Shown: piece by piece, positions 61,206 through 64,000 of the stretch | Layout of the letters: each line of letters opens with the position of its first letter | Position numbering within the stretch: position 1 is the stretch's first letter | Made by a program: the position numbers and the translations under genes | The notes under the pieces: model-generated | What the model was told of the DNA's origin: nothing | Databases searched by the model: none | What the model saw: the letters and a program-made list of their open reading frames with translations, nothing else | Assembly: GCF_006345805.1 (NCBI RefSeq) | Contig: NC_043001.1 | Coordinates: 122,698,001 to 122,762,000 of the forward strand | Length of the DNA: 64,000 bases | Direction of reading: 5' to 3' | Source: Octopus sinensis | Taxonomy: Eukaryota

Positions 61206-61966
61206 AATAATTTGGTAAATACCATCATAATTCAGGCTTCTTTGATTCAGCCACTATAACAAAAGCTTTTTATTTTTTTAAATACCAAATTTCGTGCTAC
61301 ATTGAGTGTCTAGTCAACAAGCTAAGACAATGTCTTAGCTTTGCAAATGAGGAGAAATTTTCGTCTGATTTAGATAATACTGAAAGTTGTTTAGTATATT
61401 TTTCAAATATTGTGTGGGGTTATGTATTCCGCACAGAACACTTAGATGGCTTTCCGAACCAGAAACTATGGTTTCATAAAAATATCAAACAAAACTGGAA
61501 GTACGCACGATTGCTAACCGTTCAGGTGTGTCAAATCCACTGAGCGGCATTTCAAAAAGAAGTCAGTAAAAGAGACTTTTGCTGTTTAAAAGAAAGGTTG
61601 GAAAACATCACAGACTACAAAAAATAAATAAACAGATAAAGTAAAGAAAAAAATCATTTGATACAAAAAGATAATCACTTAAAAGAAAGAACAGAGGGCT
61701 ATAAGCAACTCCATGTAATAAGTGCTTGTTATAACAATTTTGTAGTCAGGAAGAATAAAGAAACCGGATTTTATTCTGGGAAATGACAACGCTCTCATAG
61801 ATTCAGGGATGGACTGAAAAATATATTTACATACTTCAACCTTTCGTAAGATGAGGGTTTCGAAGATTATTCCAGCCTAAGCAATCAAAAGACTTTGTTT
61901 CACAACATAACTACACGTTGATATCCAATCATGTCTCATTCCTTTCGTAATTTACCGTATACAAAA

Positions 61967-62552
61967 AGGCGGCGAGCTGGCAGAAACGTTAGTACGCCGG
62001 GCGAAATGCTTAGCGGTATTTCGTCTGCTGTTACGTTATGAGTTCAAATTCCGCCGAGGTCGACTTTACCTTTCATCTTTTCGGGGTCGATAAATTATGT
62101 ACCAGTTATGCACTAGGGTCGATGTAATCGACTTAATACCTATGCCTGTCCTTGTTTGTCCCCTCTATGTTTAGCTCCTTATGGGTAATAAAGAAATAGT
62201 TATTTCGTCTGCCGTTAAATTCTGAGTTCAAATTCCGCCGTGGTCGACTTTGCCTTTCATCCTTTCGGGGTCGATAAATTAAGTACCAGTTACGCACTGG
62301 GTCGATATAATCGACTTAATCCGTTTGTCTGTCCTTGTTTTTCCCTTCTGTGTTTAGCCCCTTGTGGGTAGTAAAGAAATAGGTATTTCGTCTGTCTTTA
62401 CATTCTGAGTTTAAATTCCGCCGAGGTTGACTTTGTCTTTCATCCTTTCGGGGTCGATAAATTACATACCAGATGCGCACTGGGGTCGATCTATTCGACT
62501 GCCCCGCCTCTCCCAAAATTTCGGGCCTTGTGCCTAGAGTACAAAAGAATTT
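61967..62552 (+). mobile_element. Family C tandem array (three modules)
   Basis: Module junctions AAGAAATAG(G/T)TATTTCGTCTG at about 62195 and 62380. Confidence 0.85.
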
Positions 62553-63159
62553 ACCGTACACAAAGCATCATAAACACTCAACTTGATCAACACATAAAAT
62601 CAAGCTTAACCGACAACTCTTGATCTCAAACTGTTTGAATACTGATTAAACATTTTACTACACGCTCCAATATTAAATTGCACTTGACAATGCACATTCA
62701 CACAGCGACACGTTTCAAATACAGGCTGGACCAAAAGTCACGCACCAAAACATTTGGCATTTATTAATACAGACATACCTCACCCTACGTCGTTAACTGG
62801 TTCCAGGAGACACGATTTAAGTCGTTTTTCGACTTAAATCAAATTAACTTGTCTCTATGCTAGGCTAGGCTAGGTCGAATTTACTTGTCTCTAGGCTACA
62901 CCGATAATAACCATTCCCAGGCCTGTACTTTATTTATGAATGCTTTTTCAACAACAGCTTACAAATAATTTTTAAAAAGCTTACAAATAATTTTTAATTT
63001 TTAATACAGTGCAGTAAAAAATACAATTTGAAGGTGTTTACCGTACATCGCGGACGCTTTATTTATGAATGTAGTTTGCAATAAGACATGGTAAAATTAA
63101 AGCCTTTTTTAAGCTTAAAAAATATATTCAGTTATTATTTTGTAATTGTAAAAAAAAGA

Positions 63160-63332
63160 TGCAGTTTTATATTTAAGAGATGAGGAATTATGTACATTAT
63201 TTACATTATCTACATTTGACGGATATTTGTCCTCATCCTGGTTGTTGTTAACCCAACGTTTCGGTTGATATACCCTCCAGCCTTCATCAGGTGTTTTGGG
63301 GAAACTTCGAACCTGGGTTCTCATTCCCTAAG
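63160..63332 (-). mobile_element. Family D single arm (core intact, stems mismatched)
   Basis: AACAC-CUGAUGA-A-GGCUG..CAACC-GAAAC-GUU-GGGUU. Confidence 0.8.
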
Positions 63333-64000
63333 GTTCTCATTCGGGGGAGAGGATGAGTCGATTTACATCGACCTTAATGTCAAAGTGGTACTTATTTCAT
63401 CGCCCCTGAAAGAATGAAAGGCAAATCTCGGCGGGATTTGAACTCAGAATGTAGAGACGGACAAAATGGCGCTAAGCATTTTCTCCGACGCGGATTCGAT
63501 TCTGCCTGCTCACCACCTTAGTACACTGTATTATTATTGCTGTGTCTTTAATTGTTTATCTATGTTATCTTTGTCATCTAAGCTTTTATATTTCGTCTTT
63601 CAGCTCTATCAAGATATATTTCAATACATGTACCTCGCTTCAGCTTTTGATAACTCATATAATTCTATTCCATTCTATTTTAGTTTAGTCTATTTCATTA
63701 GACTTAAAAATCTATTTGGAGTATCTCATCTGTAATATATTAATGAATCAAATTAATGATTCAGTCCATGTATTTCTATTTTGTTTTGTAGGAGGTTGTC
63801 AACCGAATAGCCTTACTCTAATTAGAGAAAGAAGACAGAATATCAATTTAATTATATATTATCGTGATGCTTCATTCCCGTTCATTCAACATACAATTAT
63901 ACGTACGAAAACATTAATTGGAATCTATAGCAATAAAAATACACACGTATGAACGTGGGAAAATAAGCTTAAAAGGTTTTCGATGGGTTGTTAATTAAGT

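Noticed and set aside
61967-62552. Regularly spaced repeats suggestive of a CRISPR array
   Set aside because: Eukaryotic context; the units are about 175-bp SINE modules without unique spacers.

Overview
AT-rich animal genomic DNA, packed with microsatellites and with one 100-N assembly gap at 33967-34066. From memory of its repeat families it looks like an octopus-type cephalopod genome; this is a recall-based inference. No protein-coding gene can be named. There are only two orphan, splice-site-bounded coding-exon candidates, both on the minus strand (5862-6013 and 21953-22095). Nearly all long ORFs in the track are simple-repeat artefacts. The window is dominated by mobile elements. There are five tRNA-headed SINE-like families, labelled A-E here as my own working names. 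There are also R4/Dong-type and Tx1-type LINE fossils, a Penelope-like RT/GIY-YIG fossil, Tc1/mariner fossils and MITEs, three non-autonomous Helitrons and a Helitron Rep fossil. The most interesting system is family D. It joins a tRNA-Arg-like Pol III head to a 3' region carrying a minimal type-I hammerhead ribozyme, intact at 1868-1913 on the minus strand. It sits as head-to-head palindromes at 4 of its 6 loci, as expected for Penelope-type mobilisation. Coordinates of decayed repeats are approximate (about +/-10-20 bp).
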